Notes under the pieces: generated by a model
Told to the model about the DNA's origin: nothing
The model's database searches: none
What the model saw: the letters and a program-made list of their open reading frames with translations, nothing else
NCBI GenBank assembly: GCA_963797095.1
Contig: CAWCNY010000001.1
Span: 320,001 to 384,000 of the forward strand
Reading direction: 5' to 3'
Source of the DNA: an uncultured Chloroflexia bacterium
Lineage (GTDB): Bacteria; Chloroflexota; Chloroflexia; QHBQ01; JADMIH01
DNA: 64,000 bases
Part shown: in pieces, positions 46,388-58,956 of the stretch
How positions within the stretch are numbered: the stretch's first letter is position 1
Layout: the number at the start of each line of letters is the position of its first letter
Made by a program: the position numbers and the translations under genes

Positions 46388-49093
46388 ATGACTAACTCCG
46401 CGCCGGATCTTCCCGCATATAAGAACGCCCTCCTGCCATTCGCGCAGCGGGTCGATGATCTCATCTCTCGGATGTCGCCGAGGCAGAAGTTGGCCCAGCT
46501 AAACTGCGCCCCGCTCGTTTTCATGCAGCCCGAGCGCAAAGAGGCCGTCATGGGCCAGGGTATGGGCCACTTTTCTTTATCGGTCTCCTCGGGCGAATCG
46601 ATCGAGCAGAACATCGCCCTCGTCGAAGAGGTGCAGAGCTACTTGGTCGAGCAGACTGAGCTGGGCATCCCGGCTATCGTGCATACAGAGGCGCTCTCGG
46701 GAGCGATGCTCGTTGGTGCAACCAATTTCCCCGGTGCCATAGCCCTCGCGGCCACCAGGGATCCTGAAGGCATCGAGGCGATGGGCCGGGTTATCGCCAG
46801 GCAGCTCGTGCCGCTGGGCATCAGGCACGTCCTTCCGCCGGTGATGGACGTGGCGCGCGACCCACGCTGGGGTCGCATCGGCGAAACCTACGGCGAAGAT
46901 GTGGCCCTGGTCGCCCGCATGAGCGTGGCCTTCGTGCGGGGGGTGCAGGGCAATGATCTCTCCGCCGGCGTTGCTGCGACCGGCAAGCATTTTCTCGGCT
47001 ATGCCATGACCGAGGGTGCGATGAACACTACCTTGGAACGTCTCGGCCCACGGGAGCTACGTGAGGTATATGGCAAACCGTTCGCGGCGGCTATCCGCGA
47101 GGCGGGGCTCGCCACGATGATGAACTCCTACAGCACCCTGGACGGTGTGCCGATCGTCGCATCGCCGGCGATACTGACCGACCTACTGCGCGGGGAGCTG
47201 GGCTTCAACGGCATGACGATCTCAGATTACGGCGCGATAAACAAGCTCGTGGTGCCACTTAGGATCGTGGACGACTATACCGAGGCGGGTATCCAAGCGC
47301 TACAGGCCGGTATGGATGTCGAGGCGCCCGAGGTGGCGGCCTACGGCGCGGGATTGCTGGAGGCAATAGAAGATGGCCGGGTGTCGACGGAGATCCTCGA
47401 CCGTGCGGTGCGTCGCGTGCTCGAGTTGAGGTTCAGGCTCGGACTCTTCGAGCACCCATACCCGGATCGAGAGGCCATCTCCCGTGCCTATGCCCGGCCC
47501 GAGGAAGATGAGCTCTTCTACCGCCTGGCTAGGGAGGCGATAGTGCTGTTGGAGAACAAAGGGGGTTTATTACCTCTATCGACCGAGTTGCATAGCGTAG
47601 CCGTGATTGGGCCGAACGCCGACGTCCTGCGCAACTTGTTCGGAGGCTACTCCTACCCAGCTGCACTAGAAGCCACTTCCGGCAATGCTGCCCCTCAGGG
47701 AGTAGATATGGACTCGGCTGCGGCCCTTGAAAGCCCAACCCAGGATCACAAGAACGCAGCGGGGCTTGAAACCAGGCTGGCCGGTTTGTACCCGCGCGCC
47801 GTCACCGTGCTCGACGCGATCGGCGCGAAGGTACCGGGCGCCACGATCTCGTATTCGCGGGGCTGCGCCTTGAAGGGCGATGACCGCTCGGGCTTCGATG
47901 ACCGCTCGGGCTTCAATGAGGCCGTACAGCAGGCCGAGCAGGCCGAACTGGTGATCCTGGTCGTAGGGGACGAAGAAGGCTGGCACCCGGAGAACTCCAC
48001 CATCGGTGAAGGTTTTGATGGCAGTACGATCGGGTTGCCGGGTATGCAGGAGGAACTGGTGCGTGCCGTCTTCGGCACCGGTAAGCCTGTTGTGCTAGTG
48101 AATGTGAGCCCGCGCCCCTTAAGCAGCCCCTGGATCGCCGAGCATGTTCCTGCGATCTTGCAGGCTTGGTACCCGGGGCAGAGTGGCGGAGCAGCCATTG
48201 CCGACGTGCTGTTCGGCGACTACAACCCGGGCGGCAAGCTGCCTATGAGCGCGGCCCGAGACACCGGGCAGCTACCGGTCTATTACGCTCACCAACGTGG
48301 TTCGGGTTACGAGGGGCGCTCGCTATGGCCGTGGGCTCCCCTGGCCGGATACGTGGACGGCACCGCCCAGCCCCTCTACGCCTTCGGGCATGGCCTTTCC
48401 TATACGCAGTTCACGTATTCGGCGCTAATGATTGAAAACTCAGAAGTTCCGAGCGACGGCACGGTCGATATCTCCTGCATCGTCAGAAACATAGGCGAGA
48501 GGGAAGGGGACGAGGTTGTGCAGCTCTACATCTCCGACAATTTTGCCTCGGTTGCAAGGCCCGTCAAGGAACTCGTGGGCTTTCGGCGGGTCAAGCTGGC
48601 CGCAGGTCAAAGCCGAAGGTTGCACTTTACCGTGAAGCTGAGCCAGCTGGCCTTCCTCGACCGCAAGATGCGCTGGGTGGTCGAGCCCGGCGAGATGGAG
48701 GTGCTGGTTGGCTCATCATCGCAGGACATTCGGCTGCAAGGGAGTTTTACTATCGTTGGTGAGACCAGGGAGGCCGGGGCTGAGCGCGCGTTCTATGCCT
48801 CTGCCAGCGACGAGTTACTGGTGGGCTACGCGCCCGCTACAGTGACCGCCACGGACATGGCCAGCGCGGCACATAACACCTTTTCCCTGGACACAAAGGT
48901 CGGCGACCTGCTTGCCAACCAGGCGGCACGAGAGGTACTGGAACGGCAAGTGCCTGGTCTGCTCGACAACCAGGCGATGCTGGAAAGGGTCAAGTCGCTG
49001 ACGATGCGACAGGTAGGAGCTATACCGATACCCGCAGTCGAACCCAAGCGGCTGCGGGCTGTGGCTGCGGACCTAGCTGCGCTCGAGGGTTGA
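46388..49093 (+). CDS. glycoside hydrolase family 3 (beta-glucosidase/xylosidase) with FN3-like domain and extra C-terminal module
   Basis: DVARDPRWGRIGETYGED, ATGKHF, MNSY, TISDY nucleophile, AWYPGQSGG, FGHGLSYT, EVVQLY. Confidence 0.93.
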   Translation: MTNSAPDLPAYKNALLPFAQRVDDLISRMSPRQKLAQLNCAPLVFMQPERKEAVMGQGMGHFSLSVSSGESIEQNIALVEEVQSYLVEQTELGIPAIVHTEALSGAMLVGATNFPGAIALAATRDPEGIEAMGRVIARQLVPLGIRHVLPPVMDVARDPRWGRIGETYGEDVALVARMSVAFVRGVQGNDLSAGVAATGKHFLGYAMTEGAMNTTLERLGPRELREVYGKPFAAAIREAGLATMMNSYSTLDGVPIVASPAILTDLLRGELGFNGMTISDYGAINKLVVPLRIVDDYTEAGIQALQAGMDVEAPEVAAYGAGLLEAIEDGRVSTEILDRAVRRVLELRFRLGLFEHPYPDREAISRAYARPEEDELFYRLAREAIVLLENKGGLLPLSTELHSVAVIGPNADVLRNLFGGYSYPAALEATSGNAAPQGVDMDSAAALESPTQDHKNAAGLETRLAGLYPRAVTVLDAIGAKVPGATISYSRGCALKGDDRSGFDDRSGFNEAVQQAEQAELVILVVGDEEGWHPENSTIGEGFDGSTIGLPGMQEELVRAVFGTGKPVVLVNVSPRPLSSPWIAEHVPAILQAWYPGQSGGAAIADVLFGDYNPGGKLPMSAARDTGQLPVYYAHQRGSGYEGRSLWPWAPLAGYVDGTAQPLYAFGHGLSYTQFTYSALMIENSEVPSDGTVDISCIVRNIGEREGDEVVQLYISDNFASVARPVKELVGFRRVKLAAGQSRRLHFTVKLSQLAFLDRKMRWVVEPGEMEVLVGSSSQDIRLQGSFTIVGETREAGAERAFYASASDELLVGYAPATVTATDMASAAHNTFSLDTKVGDLLANQAAREVLERQVPGLLDNQAMLERVKSLTMRQVGAIPIPAVEPKRLRAVAADLAALEG

Positions 49094-49137
49094 TCAAGAG
49101 ATACAGAGGGCAAGAGGATATCACCTACTGATACCGC

Positions 49138-50950
49138 TTACGGACTAGGTGCCGTGGACGGGCGAGAGGGCGAGCCGGCCTCAGATGAGCCGCGCAAGGG
49201 GTAAAGCCTCACTACCCGACCCTCCAACGGAAGTGAAATGGCCCCATCATAAGTCTTAACCTCCAGTCGCCCCTGGCGGACGTAGGCCAGCAGGCCGCGA
49301 CCGAAGCTCCAGCCCTGGCCTGATCCGGTATACGGCCCCATTTCTCTCCCACTATCCGTGGCATCAACAGAGGAAATCAGCTCTACCGGGGCACCGCTAG
49401 TGGCAGATGTAGCGGGCAGATACGTAAAGCGCCGGCAGTGAGCTGGTGGCCATACTGTTGAGGGGGAGTAGCACACCTCCGCTGAGGCTGAACACCTGTA
49501 GCGGTGCTACAAAATCGATCTGACCGGTCGTCCAGATCGTCCTGCCCGGGTCGTCCGGGTCGACCAGCCTCAACTCGCCGTCGGGATAGGTTCTGCGCTC
49601 GACCAGCAACTTGCCCGCAAACGGGCCGGACTCGATGAAGGCTGCGTCGTACCAGGCATTGCCCACGACTTGCTGATCGCGCCCACCAGCCGACATCAGC
49701 ACTTCGGGCGAGCGCTTCTGGCCATCTCTACCGCCTGGGTAGAGCAAGACGAGGCGGTGCTCTTCGGGTCCGGCTCCCACCGGCACCCACTCGTCTGCCA
49801 CCAGGAAGCGCCCGTCAGAGCTGAGCCAGGCCGCCTGCACTATGGCAGGGCGTTCGGCCACGAGCGAGAGATCGCCCTTCGAATCGCTTTCGTAGAGCAC
49901 CGTCTTCCGGCTGTTCCCCAGAGTATTGGTAAAGTCACCGACAACGAAGCGCTGCTTGCCGTCATCGGTCAGGATGGCCCAGGCAGGGTCCAGGGAGGGC
50001 ATACGTGTGACGATTTCGCTATCGTAAGCCTGGTAGGCGCGCGAATGGACTTGAATACCTCGGGTATAGGCGAGCCGTATGTCAAGAAGATCCTCGTTGC
50101 TCGCGGCGTAGCTCTCGCCTGTAGCGCCTGAGTCGTCGCAAGTGAAGCGGGCGAATTCGCGCAGGTCGAAAGCCAGTGGGCTGGCGGATAGCCTGTCGTT
50201 TCCATATTGGGCCACCATGAGAGTCCGCCGGCCCGGACCTGCGCCAGGATCGTCGAGAGGCCCAGTAGAGCTAGCTGTTCGGCTGGGCGAGGGCTCCCTG
50301 TCGAGTCCGGACGTGGAGGGCGTGTCGTAAACCAGGCAGGGGAACGAGCCGGTGCTGCGCACCTGGCTGGAGAGATCACTGCCGGGCAGATATTTCCAGC
50401 CGTCAGCGAGGTAGATATAGAGGCCGGGCGTGCCGGAACCGGGAGGATCGGGGGAGCGTACGGCTACAGTGCCGCTCAGTGCTAAGCTATATACCTGCTG
50501 CTCGATTTGCGCAGCGAGAGGATCGCTGTCTCGAAAACCGGGTTCGATGGCTTGAACCTGGCGGAAGTCGCGCAGAGAGGCAGCCCAGCGTCCTGCATCT
50601 CTTTCGGCAAGCGCGTCGGCATAAGCTGCGTCGCGCTAGCTGATCTGCTTGGAGGCGTCGATGGCACGAGCGACGGCCTGCGGAAAATCTCCGGCGGCGA
50701 GGAACGAGGCACGGGCAGCTTCCCAGTCATGAGCGGCGGCATAACGTTCACCGGCCTGGTAGTTGGACGTGGCCTCCTGCTGCTGCCACCAGTTCCAGCC
50801 GGCCCAGAGTGCGACACCAACCAGCAACAGCAGCCCCACGAGCACGTCGAAGCCACGCCATGACTGGGTCTTGCCGGCCCGCGTCTCTAGTTCGTCGGGT
50901 GTCTCGAAGTCTTCCGGCGCATCTTTCTCGCCTTCCTGGCCTTGCTCCAT
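49138..50950 (-). pseudogene. membrane-anchored hypothetical protein split over several frames
   Basis: N-terminal TM segment plus TPR-like YQAG..AAAHDWEAA (50636-50950) continuing in other frames (49397-50362, 49138-49476). Confidence 0.55.
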
Positions 50951-50983
50951 TGCTTCCCTTTTTGCCCTTCACAGGGCGCGTCC

Positions 50984-52538
50984 TTACCCCAGTGTCACTA
51001 GCGTAACCGACATAGGCGCGAGTTGCAAGTACAGCTCGCCATTTGCTACTGACAACCCTTTTAGGGCAACAGGCTTCACGACGTTCGGTTCGTTGAAGGT
51101 ATTGTGTGCTCTCAAATCCAGTGCGGTAAGAACACGACCCAACACCTTGCTTGTGTCGTTGATGCCATGCAGTGCAACAGAAAGGTTCGCAACAGAGCGG
51201 CTGTCCATGTTACACATTGTCACATTGATCCGGCCCTCCGTATCTGCAGAAGCTGAGACGCTGACCTGGGGCAACTTTTCTTCGCCGTAGGTGTAAGCGG
51301 CAACGTTCTCAAGGGTCGTTTCCAGGAGTTGGGACCCTTGATGCACCTGGTACATATCGAATACGTGGTAAGTGGGGGTGAGAACAATCTTATCCTCTTC
51401 CGTCAGCACCAGCGCCTGCAGAACGTTCGCCGTCTGAGCGAGATTGGCCATATAGACCCGGTCGCTGTGGCTGTTGAAGATATTGAGCGTGACGCCCGCC
51501 ACGAGTGCATCACACAGTGAGTTTTGTTGGTAAAGGAAGTGCGGGTTCGTTCCAGGCTCCGCGTCATACCAGGTTCCCCATTCGTCGACAATCAGGCCTA
51601 CCCTCTTCTCAGGATCGTACCGATCCATGATCTCTGTGTGCTTACTCACCAGCTCTTCCATTACCAGTGCCTTTTTCAGAGTAACGAACCACTCCTCTTC
51701 CGTGAAGACGGTTGCCGACCCCTTCTTCTCCCAGGTGCCGGGCACTGTGTAATAATGTAGGCTCATTCCGTCCATGTAGCGAGCGGCCTGACGCATAAGC
51801 ACTTCGGCCCACTCGTAATCGAAGTCGCTTGCTCCGCAGGCGATCTTGTACAAGCGGTTGGAGCCGTAGTTTCGCGCAAAGGTCTGGTAGCGGCGGTACA
51901 CATCGGCATAGTACTCGGGGCGCATGCTGCCCCCGCAACCCCAGTTCTCGTTGCCAACGCCGAAGAACTTCACGTGCCACGGCTCCTCCCGACCGTTACG
52001 CCGTCGCCGGTTGGACATGGGCGAATCCCCGCTGGAGGTCATATATTCGAGCCACTCCTGCATCTCCTGCACGGTGCCGCTGCCGACATTGCCGACGATG
52101 TAAGGCTCGCAGCCCAGCAGCTCGCACAGCCGCAGAAACTCATGCGTGCCGAAGCTGTTGTCCTCGACCACCCCGCCCCAGTTATTGTTCAGCATGTACT
52201 TGCGCTCTTCACGCGCGCCCACGCCGTCTTTCCAGTGGTATTCGTCAGCGAAACAGCCGCCAGGCCAGCGCAGTACCGGCACCCGGATGCGGCGCAGTGC
52301 CTCCAGAACGTCGTTGCGGATACCTTCGGTGTTGGGAATAGCCGAGTTCGAGCCCAACCCAGATGCCTCCGTAGATACACCTCCCCAGATGCTCGGCAAA
52401 GTGCCCATAGATGAAGGGGCTGATCGTGCCTTTCTTCTTGGTGGCGTCGATACTAATCTTCGTGCTCTTGCTCTGGGCACCTGAGCTTCCGACCTGATCG
52501 CGGGCGGACGAAACGGAAAAATTCGAGGATGCTGGCAA
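50984..52538 (-). pseudogene. abfA: alpha-L-arabinofuranosidase (GH51) with one frameshift near 52350
   Basis: N-terminus [24 protein letters not shown] is in one frame; [37 protein letters not shown] are in another. Confidence 0.85.
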
Positions 52539-52800
52539 AGTACGATCTCCTTTCCCCTTCGAGTGTATGGTCCAGGACAGCAACTGTCTGGAAGCGACTG
52601 TCTGGAGTAGTATCACCAGTAGTATCACCCAAACGCCCTAACTGGTCCACCCCGAGAGTCAGTCCTTTCTGGTGCAGGATTGGCGGTAGGCGCCACGGTC
52701 GCGCTCGGTAAGTAGGCCTTCGAGGAACAGATATCCCTACTGCTACCGGGATCCTGGGCAAGTTCGGGCGTGAAAGTTAGGGACGGGGCTATCCATAGTC

Positions 52801-54003
52801 TAGTGCATAATCAAGCAGTCTTTTGTTCAATATGATCAAGATGTTCACAACCAAAGTAACCACAAACTCGCCCAGCCACTTCGTGGGCAGCCAGGGTGCG
52901 GGTCGGTTCGACTATCGCCCGCTTTCCATGGACCCATCTCGGCTCTATCGGGTTGAGCCAGGGACTCTTGGACGGCAGCCAGCAGGGAATTATCTGCACA
53001 CCTCTCTCTCCTCCACCTCCTCGCCGCCCTGCCAGCACCCCACGGTTGTGCTCCCCCAGCCATTCCCTCACTTCTCTGCTTACATGCCAACTCGCGTTAT
53101 CCCATACCATCACCAACACCCGCTTCCCTTCAGCACTCAATACCTCGCACACCCACTCCAGATAAGTGATGGTAACAGAGCTTACTGGACGCCCATCAAC
53201 GAAGCGCAGCATCACCTTATGCGTGTCGTCTCGCAAAAGGCCATAGCAACACAACGCCTTGGGGTCTTTGTCTTGCTTGCTCAGGCTCTTCTCCACCAAC
53301 CGCAATGGCGCCTTCTCCTCACTCCAACTGTGCATGGCCGGTTGGGAGAGACGGCTCCACCATACCTCATCCTGAAAGCCCACCACCCAACCCTCCTGCG
53401 CACGCTCAATTGCTCTCTCAATCAGGGTGTCGCGTCGTATTTTTTCCTGACATACTCCGGATCAGGGGAGGTAATCCAATTCTTGGCTCGCCGCCAGCCC
53501 ACTCCCAGCCGCCGCAGGGCCATTCGCACCGTCTCATCGCTCACCAATCGTTCAGTCAATCCGCTCTGCAAGCAGACGTCTGCGGCAATCTCCAATGTCC
53601 ACACTGAGGTCTCCTTGCCAAAATCACGCGGACTTGTGTGCAACAGCGCCTTCAACTCTTCGCACTTATGCTCATCAAAGATAGGGTGTGTCTGAATGGG
53701 ACCCATTGGCTTTGGTCGTAGGCAAGCTTCTCCCTGGGCATGGTATGCTCTTATGGTGTTACGCACTGTTTGCACAGCACACCCCAGGTTGTGGGCAATG
53801 AGTGATGGCCGTTCTCCTCGGGAGGAGGCGAGCAGTATCTGGCTACGCCGTAAGGTAAAAGCATCTGAACAACGTAGTCCCCTCTCCAGGGCTGCTCGTT
53901 CTTCGTCGGATAGTTCCCCAACAAACATAGGTGGTCTTCTCATACCCACCATTATCTCATATTCATTCATGCTTTGTACAATATACTTCTTGGAATGGCA
54001 CTA
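52801..54003 (-). mobile_element. IS630-family insertion sequence (two ORFs joined by a frameshift)
   Basis: orfA 53422-53970 HTH (WITSPDPEYVRKK), orfB 52811-53386 DDE (FQDE, VWDNASWH, SPWLNPIE); A6 slippery site; ends TA-GTGC...GCAC-TA. Confidence 0.9.
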
Positions 54004-54298
54004 GGAAGCAACCAGGGAGACAATGCTCATCTCCTGGCTGTCTGAGGACCCGAAGCCGCCTGAGCCCTGGTACTTGGTATCCGGGTAGTTCATCAGTCGG
54101 AAAGACGCGACAGGTAAGGGATGGTAAGAGAATGGGTAAGCGGTATATCGTGGGTGAGCCAACCACAACTAAACCTAAGCAGTTTTGGGACTCACATTTG
54201 AAGTGCCAAATACCACCGATTATGGTCGACGGGTAGGCGTCGCCTAAAAAGGTGCCAACTGATATGATCCAGATTGGAGAGGACTGGATTGTACCAAC

Positions 54299-55560
54299 CT
54301 ATAAGCGAGCGATAATACGGGGCAAGTCCTGCATATGCGCTGCTGTGTCGTCTACAAGAGCTACAGCCTTTTCATTGTCACCCTCTTTCCACATGCCTAC
54401 TTGGCGGAAATAAGCTTCGCTCTCCGCAGCCATCCCTGAGTACCATATCGCGTGGAGACCTGCCTCCTTTACCGGGCGGATATCGCTTTCAAACTGGTCG
54501 CCCATTCGATACACTACAATCATGTGACTCTTTCCAGAAACAACCAGCGCAGTCTGACCACTCGATATTGGGTTCATTGTCAATCTGCAAGTCCCGAATC
54601 CATGAGTTTTGAGCAAGTACCGTCTGCACGCTCTGGACAACCTTATTAGGTGTAATCTTATTCGGGTCGGTCATGGACAATGAGTCTGGCTTGAAAGTCG
54701 GATCCAATCTTACCACGACTCGCACACCTTTCTGTTCTACGAGATACTTCATTGCCTCAGCAACATTATCGCCCCAGGCCCCGCTTGTAGGCACAATGTG
54801 CCGAGAAAGATCCGAAGCAAGAACAATTACGGAGCCAAAATACGGCTGATCATGATCAGCGCCCAGCGCATCAATTGCCCTACGCTGATTTATCGCAGTA
54901 ATTGATGGCATAGGAGTCAAAGGAGGAAGTCCAAGCCATCCGTCACCGTTGACTGCATGAATTCCCTTGTATAGAGGTGGTGCAGTGTTAACCCCTGCAC
55001 CTACCGGCGAGGGCGTTTTCGTTGGCTTCGGTGTTGGCGACGGATGTGCTGGTTGGGATCTGCTTCGAGATCTTGCATCGGCGAGGGAGCACGATAGGCA
55101 ACCAAGCACTATACTATTACCACGGGTTCCGGGCTGTACAGACGAATTACTTTGTACACCAGTCTGTGAAAGACTACCACCGGGCTCGAGCCCTGCAAAC
55201 TCGTTTTCATAAACAATCAGGTCGCCATCGATGACTGCATTACGCTGCATTCCCTGTTGTTCAATTAGTGGGAGCGGATCGAACGGCTGTTGGCTCAAGT
55301 CGGTATACCAAATGTCGAACGAGTTGGCTACAGGATCGTTATTGGTGCCAGCAGTCCAGACAAGGTTATTGCCATCTATCGAAGGAGCAAAGCCTCCACG
55401 CGACGATACTATCACACTTTGCCCATTTTCAAGATCAACCAAATGTATCGTACGGCCAATTAGGCCCGTCGGCACAATTTACAACGCTAAGACATGATTC
55501 TGGCTGCAGGACAATTACAGGAGTGCCTGATTGTCTGCAGGACAAAGCGCTACTCTTATA
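54299..55560 (-). pseudogene. fragment of a large secreted-type hypothetical protein (TolB-like repeats, Pro/Thr linker, glycoside-hydrolase-like N-EPN segment)
   Basis: PSIDGNNLVW, IDGDLIVYE, PTPKPTKTP, VRVVVRL...DNEPNIEW; broken frames. Confidence 0.4.
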
Positions 55561-55670
55561 TAATGTGCGGTAACCTCACCCGCTCATTGCAAGATCAGCA
55601 CGGCACGACCATTATTAGCGGAGAGGGAGATAGTGATCTGGTTTTGAATGGGCCCCCGTTATCGGCCTTA

Positions 55671-56177
55671 TCAGCGAACTTCACCTGCATCAGCAAGTAT
55701 TTGCTCATATAGGTCGGAGGCGATGAAGAAACCGAATTTGATCAGACCGTCAAGCTCAGGGCGCAGCGTATCCAATAGGCCCCGCCGTTTTGCGGCCAAG
55801 AGTACCCCCAATGTACCAATAACCGACAGGCCCAGCGACTGGGCGAGCCTGCGTGCTGGCCGGTCATCAAGGATAACCCACTGTGCGCCAATTTCAAGAC
55901 CAAGACTGATCGCCTCACTCTCACCCGACCCAAGTGATGAGCTGAGAATCTGTGCTCCGATGGGCTGCGTAAGTGCGCGCTCTATCACCCAGGTTGGCAG
56001 GGTCACCGTAGGGGCGGTTTCTCTGACGACAGCCGGTGGGACCAGTAGTGAAAGAAACAAGGCCCCCAACAGATCCAACTGGCCGATTTGTGCCAATCCA
56101 ATCAATGGACTGGAATTCGACACGACCAGTGCCGGGGTCACATCCGGGGTCACATCCGGGGTCACATCGGGAGTCAC
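55671..56177 (-). CDS. DUF3368 PIN-domain protein (putative toxin)
   Basis: VVSNSSPLIGL, LGSGESEAI, ILDDRPARR.A..LGL.VIGTLGVL; GTG overlaps the upstream stop; N-terminal VTPD repeat. Confidence 0.85.
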   Translation of the reverse strand: MTPDVTPDVTPDVTPALVVSNSSPLIGLAQIGQLDLLGALFLSLLVPPAVVRETAPTVTLPTWVIERALTQPIGAQILSSSLGSGESEAISLGLEIGAQWVILDDRPARRLAQSLGLSVIGTLGVLLAAKRRGLLDTLRPELDGLIKFGFFIASDLYEQILADAGEVR

Positions 56178-56434
56178 AAAGCTTCGCTCCGCGCACGTTC
56201 CGCTGCCCACTCATCTTGCGTCAGCGTGAAGTAGGGGATGCCCAAGCGCGAGGCGTAGTGGATCAACTCCCAGCGGCCCATACCTAGTAATTCGGCAGCC
56301 TTGCCACTGGAGACAACGCCGCGCCTGTACAGTTCCAACACGATCAATTCACGTGCTGACTGCTGCACGGGCTGATTGAACTGATGGAGCAATGCGACGA
56401 GATCTTCTTGCAGTTCGATGTTGATATTAGTCAT
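56174..56434 (-). CDS. UPF0175 family protein (putative antitoxin)
   Basis: LELYRRGVVSSGKAAELLGM.RWE. Confidence 0.85.
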   Translation of the reverse strand: MTNINIELQEDLVALLHQFNQPVQQSARELIVLELYRRGVVSSGKAAELLGMGRWELIHYASRLGIPYFTLTQDEWAAERARSEAL

Positions 56435-56840
56435 CCCCTATACCCCTACTTCCCGCTACACTCCTACCAAATAAGCACTGTTACTCATATTAGGTCTAAA
56501 GTTGCTCGGCCGCTCGGCTCTAGCTTGGAGCTTCTTCATGGTTTGTGCTACGCTTGCGTAATTATACCATGGTATCCATGGATGCCATGCCTGTGCTGAG
56601 GAGGAACGTCATCCAGGCGTTAGCCTCGGTCACGCCGCCTCCTGCTTGTCGATAATCCACATATCTTCACTGCAGCGCGCCGATGTGCTATACTCGCCCG
56701 CACCGGTTCATTGGCTGTCTCCCGTGTCCAAGATAATACATGTTATCCTAGACATCACCCGAGATTCACCGGGATAATGAGCGCGTCTACCGGCGCTCTC
56801 CACCAGCACTAAACTGAGATTATCTTGGACATCCCGGAAT

Positions 56841-57516
56841 ATGGAGGTTGTGCTTATAGACTGGACCGAGCTTATGGATGCTTTTCTTTCTGCCAAGCAC
56901 TTGACCCTGGCTCCCAACACCCGCCGCGCCTATCGCTATGACCTGCAGGCCTGCGCGCACTTGCTGGACGATGTTCCCATCTCCGAGATCACCGTCACCC
57001 ACCTACGATTCCCCCTTGACGCCTCCCTCGACCTAGCCCCGACTACTCTGGCCCGCCGCAAAGCTGCCTTGCATTCCTGTTTCAGTTGGGCTTACCAGCA
57101 GAATCTGCTCCCCGCAGACCCAACAGCCAAGCTCGAAGCTATCTCCATTGGGGAGCGTGACCCGCGTCCACTCACCGAGAAGCAGGTTGAGGCAATTCTT
57201 GCCGCTATCCCCCGCCACGACTTGCGCAATCGCCTGCTGCTGACATTGTTGTATGAAACCGGTATGCGCGTCGGCGAGGCGTTGGGTTTGCAGGTGCAGC
57301 AGGTGCATCTCAACGACCTTGACGGCGGCTACCTGCGCGTTGTCGGCAAGGGTAACAAGGAACGGGTTATCCCGCAAGCTGCGTGACGGGGTTAGCTTGC
57401 CCTCGGTGCGTAAGCTGCTGGGCCACAAGAACATACAGACAACGTTGCGCTATACCGAGGTTCCAACTGGGGGAATCTGCAATCGAACAAGGGACTCGCT
57501 GAAGGCCCAGGTGTAG
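56841..57516 (+). pseudogene. tyrosine recombinase (XerC/D-like) with internal deletion
   Basis: APNTRRAY, LLYETGMRVGE, VVGKGNKER then a jump to LRDGVSL..VRKLLGHKNIQTT.RY; the H-x-x-R box is missing. Confidence 0.82.
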
Positions 57517-58089
57517 CGGTCAGCAGTAATCCAACGCTTCCACAACTGTTCGTCAGCGACTTTGATCGACTACTTTATTGGGATAACCCTACAACTGCTG
57601 GGGGTGCGCTCAACCTTGCCAATGGACAGGAGGGAACTCCTGTTGCCGGCACTTCTGGCACCATATTACACATGAAAGCAACTCGGAACTACCTGTACGT
57701 AACGTCCCAAAGCGGTGATAATCGGGTTAATGTTTATCACTTACCGCTGAACGCCACTGCTACCCCTGTTGCGAGCTTTCGCTACCCCTACGATTTCTAC
57801 ACTGTCAATGGCGTCCAACTGGGGCATTACAGTAACTACAGCACTCGCGGTGCGTCACTCTTCATAGCGCCTACGAGCGATGATCAGTATCTTTGGGTCG
57901 GCGTAACTGACGACAGCCGCATATTCCGCGTTCGCAATCCATTAGGCGTTACGCCCACGGGTACGGTGACGGCTACTCCTGACCCGTACCAGGGAAAAGT
58001 AGACATTATTTTAGGGCAAGAGGACCTATACAATTATGGGTGCAACGCTCAAAAGGTAACAGCGCACCTATACCTTCCAGACGATATCT

Positions 58090-58314
58090 GACTCGACCTG
58101 CTACATCGGTCACTGTCCTCAGCACGTTGTCCTGGTAACTGAGCGTGGTTGTGTAGTTATTGCGGTCCACGATCTGATACAGTCTGAAGACATTCGGATC
58201 TCCAACAGACTGGAAGTAGTACTGATCCTGACTGTGGCTGGGCGTGAAGGTAAAGATGCCATTGCTTTCGGTTAGTGTAGCCATCACAGGCGGTAACAGC
58301 ACGTCCAGGATCAC
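58090..58314 (-). pseudogene. RHS/YD-repeat protein fragment
   Basis: RLYQIVDRNNYTTTLSY...LRTVTDVAG. Confidence 0.5.
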
Positions 58315-58488
58315 TCACACCACATACGATAGCACATTCCACGCTCTGCCCTGCTATTGCTGATATACCCTATGCATTTCATGTCATTCTGGAATACATA
58401 TCCCATCAGCTACAAACACCCCTCAAAACAAGATAATCCACCAAGTCTGCTTACTCGAATTAGTTTACCGGCGGCATCAAAATAGGAA

Positions 58489-58955
58489 CTAGGCAGCCCT
58501 CGAGCAGCTGGATGCTGCGCCCTTGCTGCCCTTGCGGTGGATGCGCACATTCGCCAGCCTTCGCTCCTGGCTGGCCCAATCGGCCTTGTACGGCTCTTCG
58601 CCCCTGAGGAAGTCGTACTCACGCATTCCCATGTCGAAAGCGTCGCGGAATGTCTCGCCTATCAGCACCAGCCCCACGCTCAGCTCGTGCCATTAGGGGT
58701 CTCTGCCCGTCAGGTAGCAGATCATTTTGCCACCGTGCGCCAGCGCATAAAACCAAGGATAGAGCCACCCCACGACAGAAATACCCCTAAATCGCTCTCA
58801 TCATGCAGTGGCTCCCACTCGCCCCGTAGCGCCTCGAATTCTTCCACTCTGCTTATCACCTCGCCCGATGCGTATCCCACGCGAGGGGCGATCAGAACTC
58901 CACCTCGTCCGTGAGGAGCGGCAGCATATCAAGCTCGCGCTGAACAGTGAGCATA
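58489..58955 (-). pseudogene. GNAT (CelD/BcsL-like) acetyltransferase relic
   Basis: N-terminal FEALRGEWEPL...FLSWGWL and C-terminal GLVLI...EYDFLRGEEPYKADW with the middle missing. Confidence 0.65.
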
Positions 58956-58956
58956 G

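Noticed and set aside
53400-53460. IS630 frameshift as inactivation
   Set aside because: A split at an A-rich slippery site is normal for IS630 transposases.
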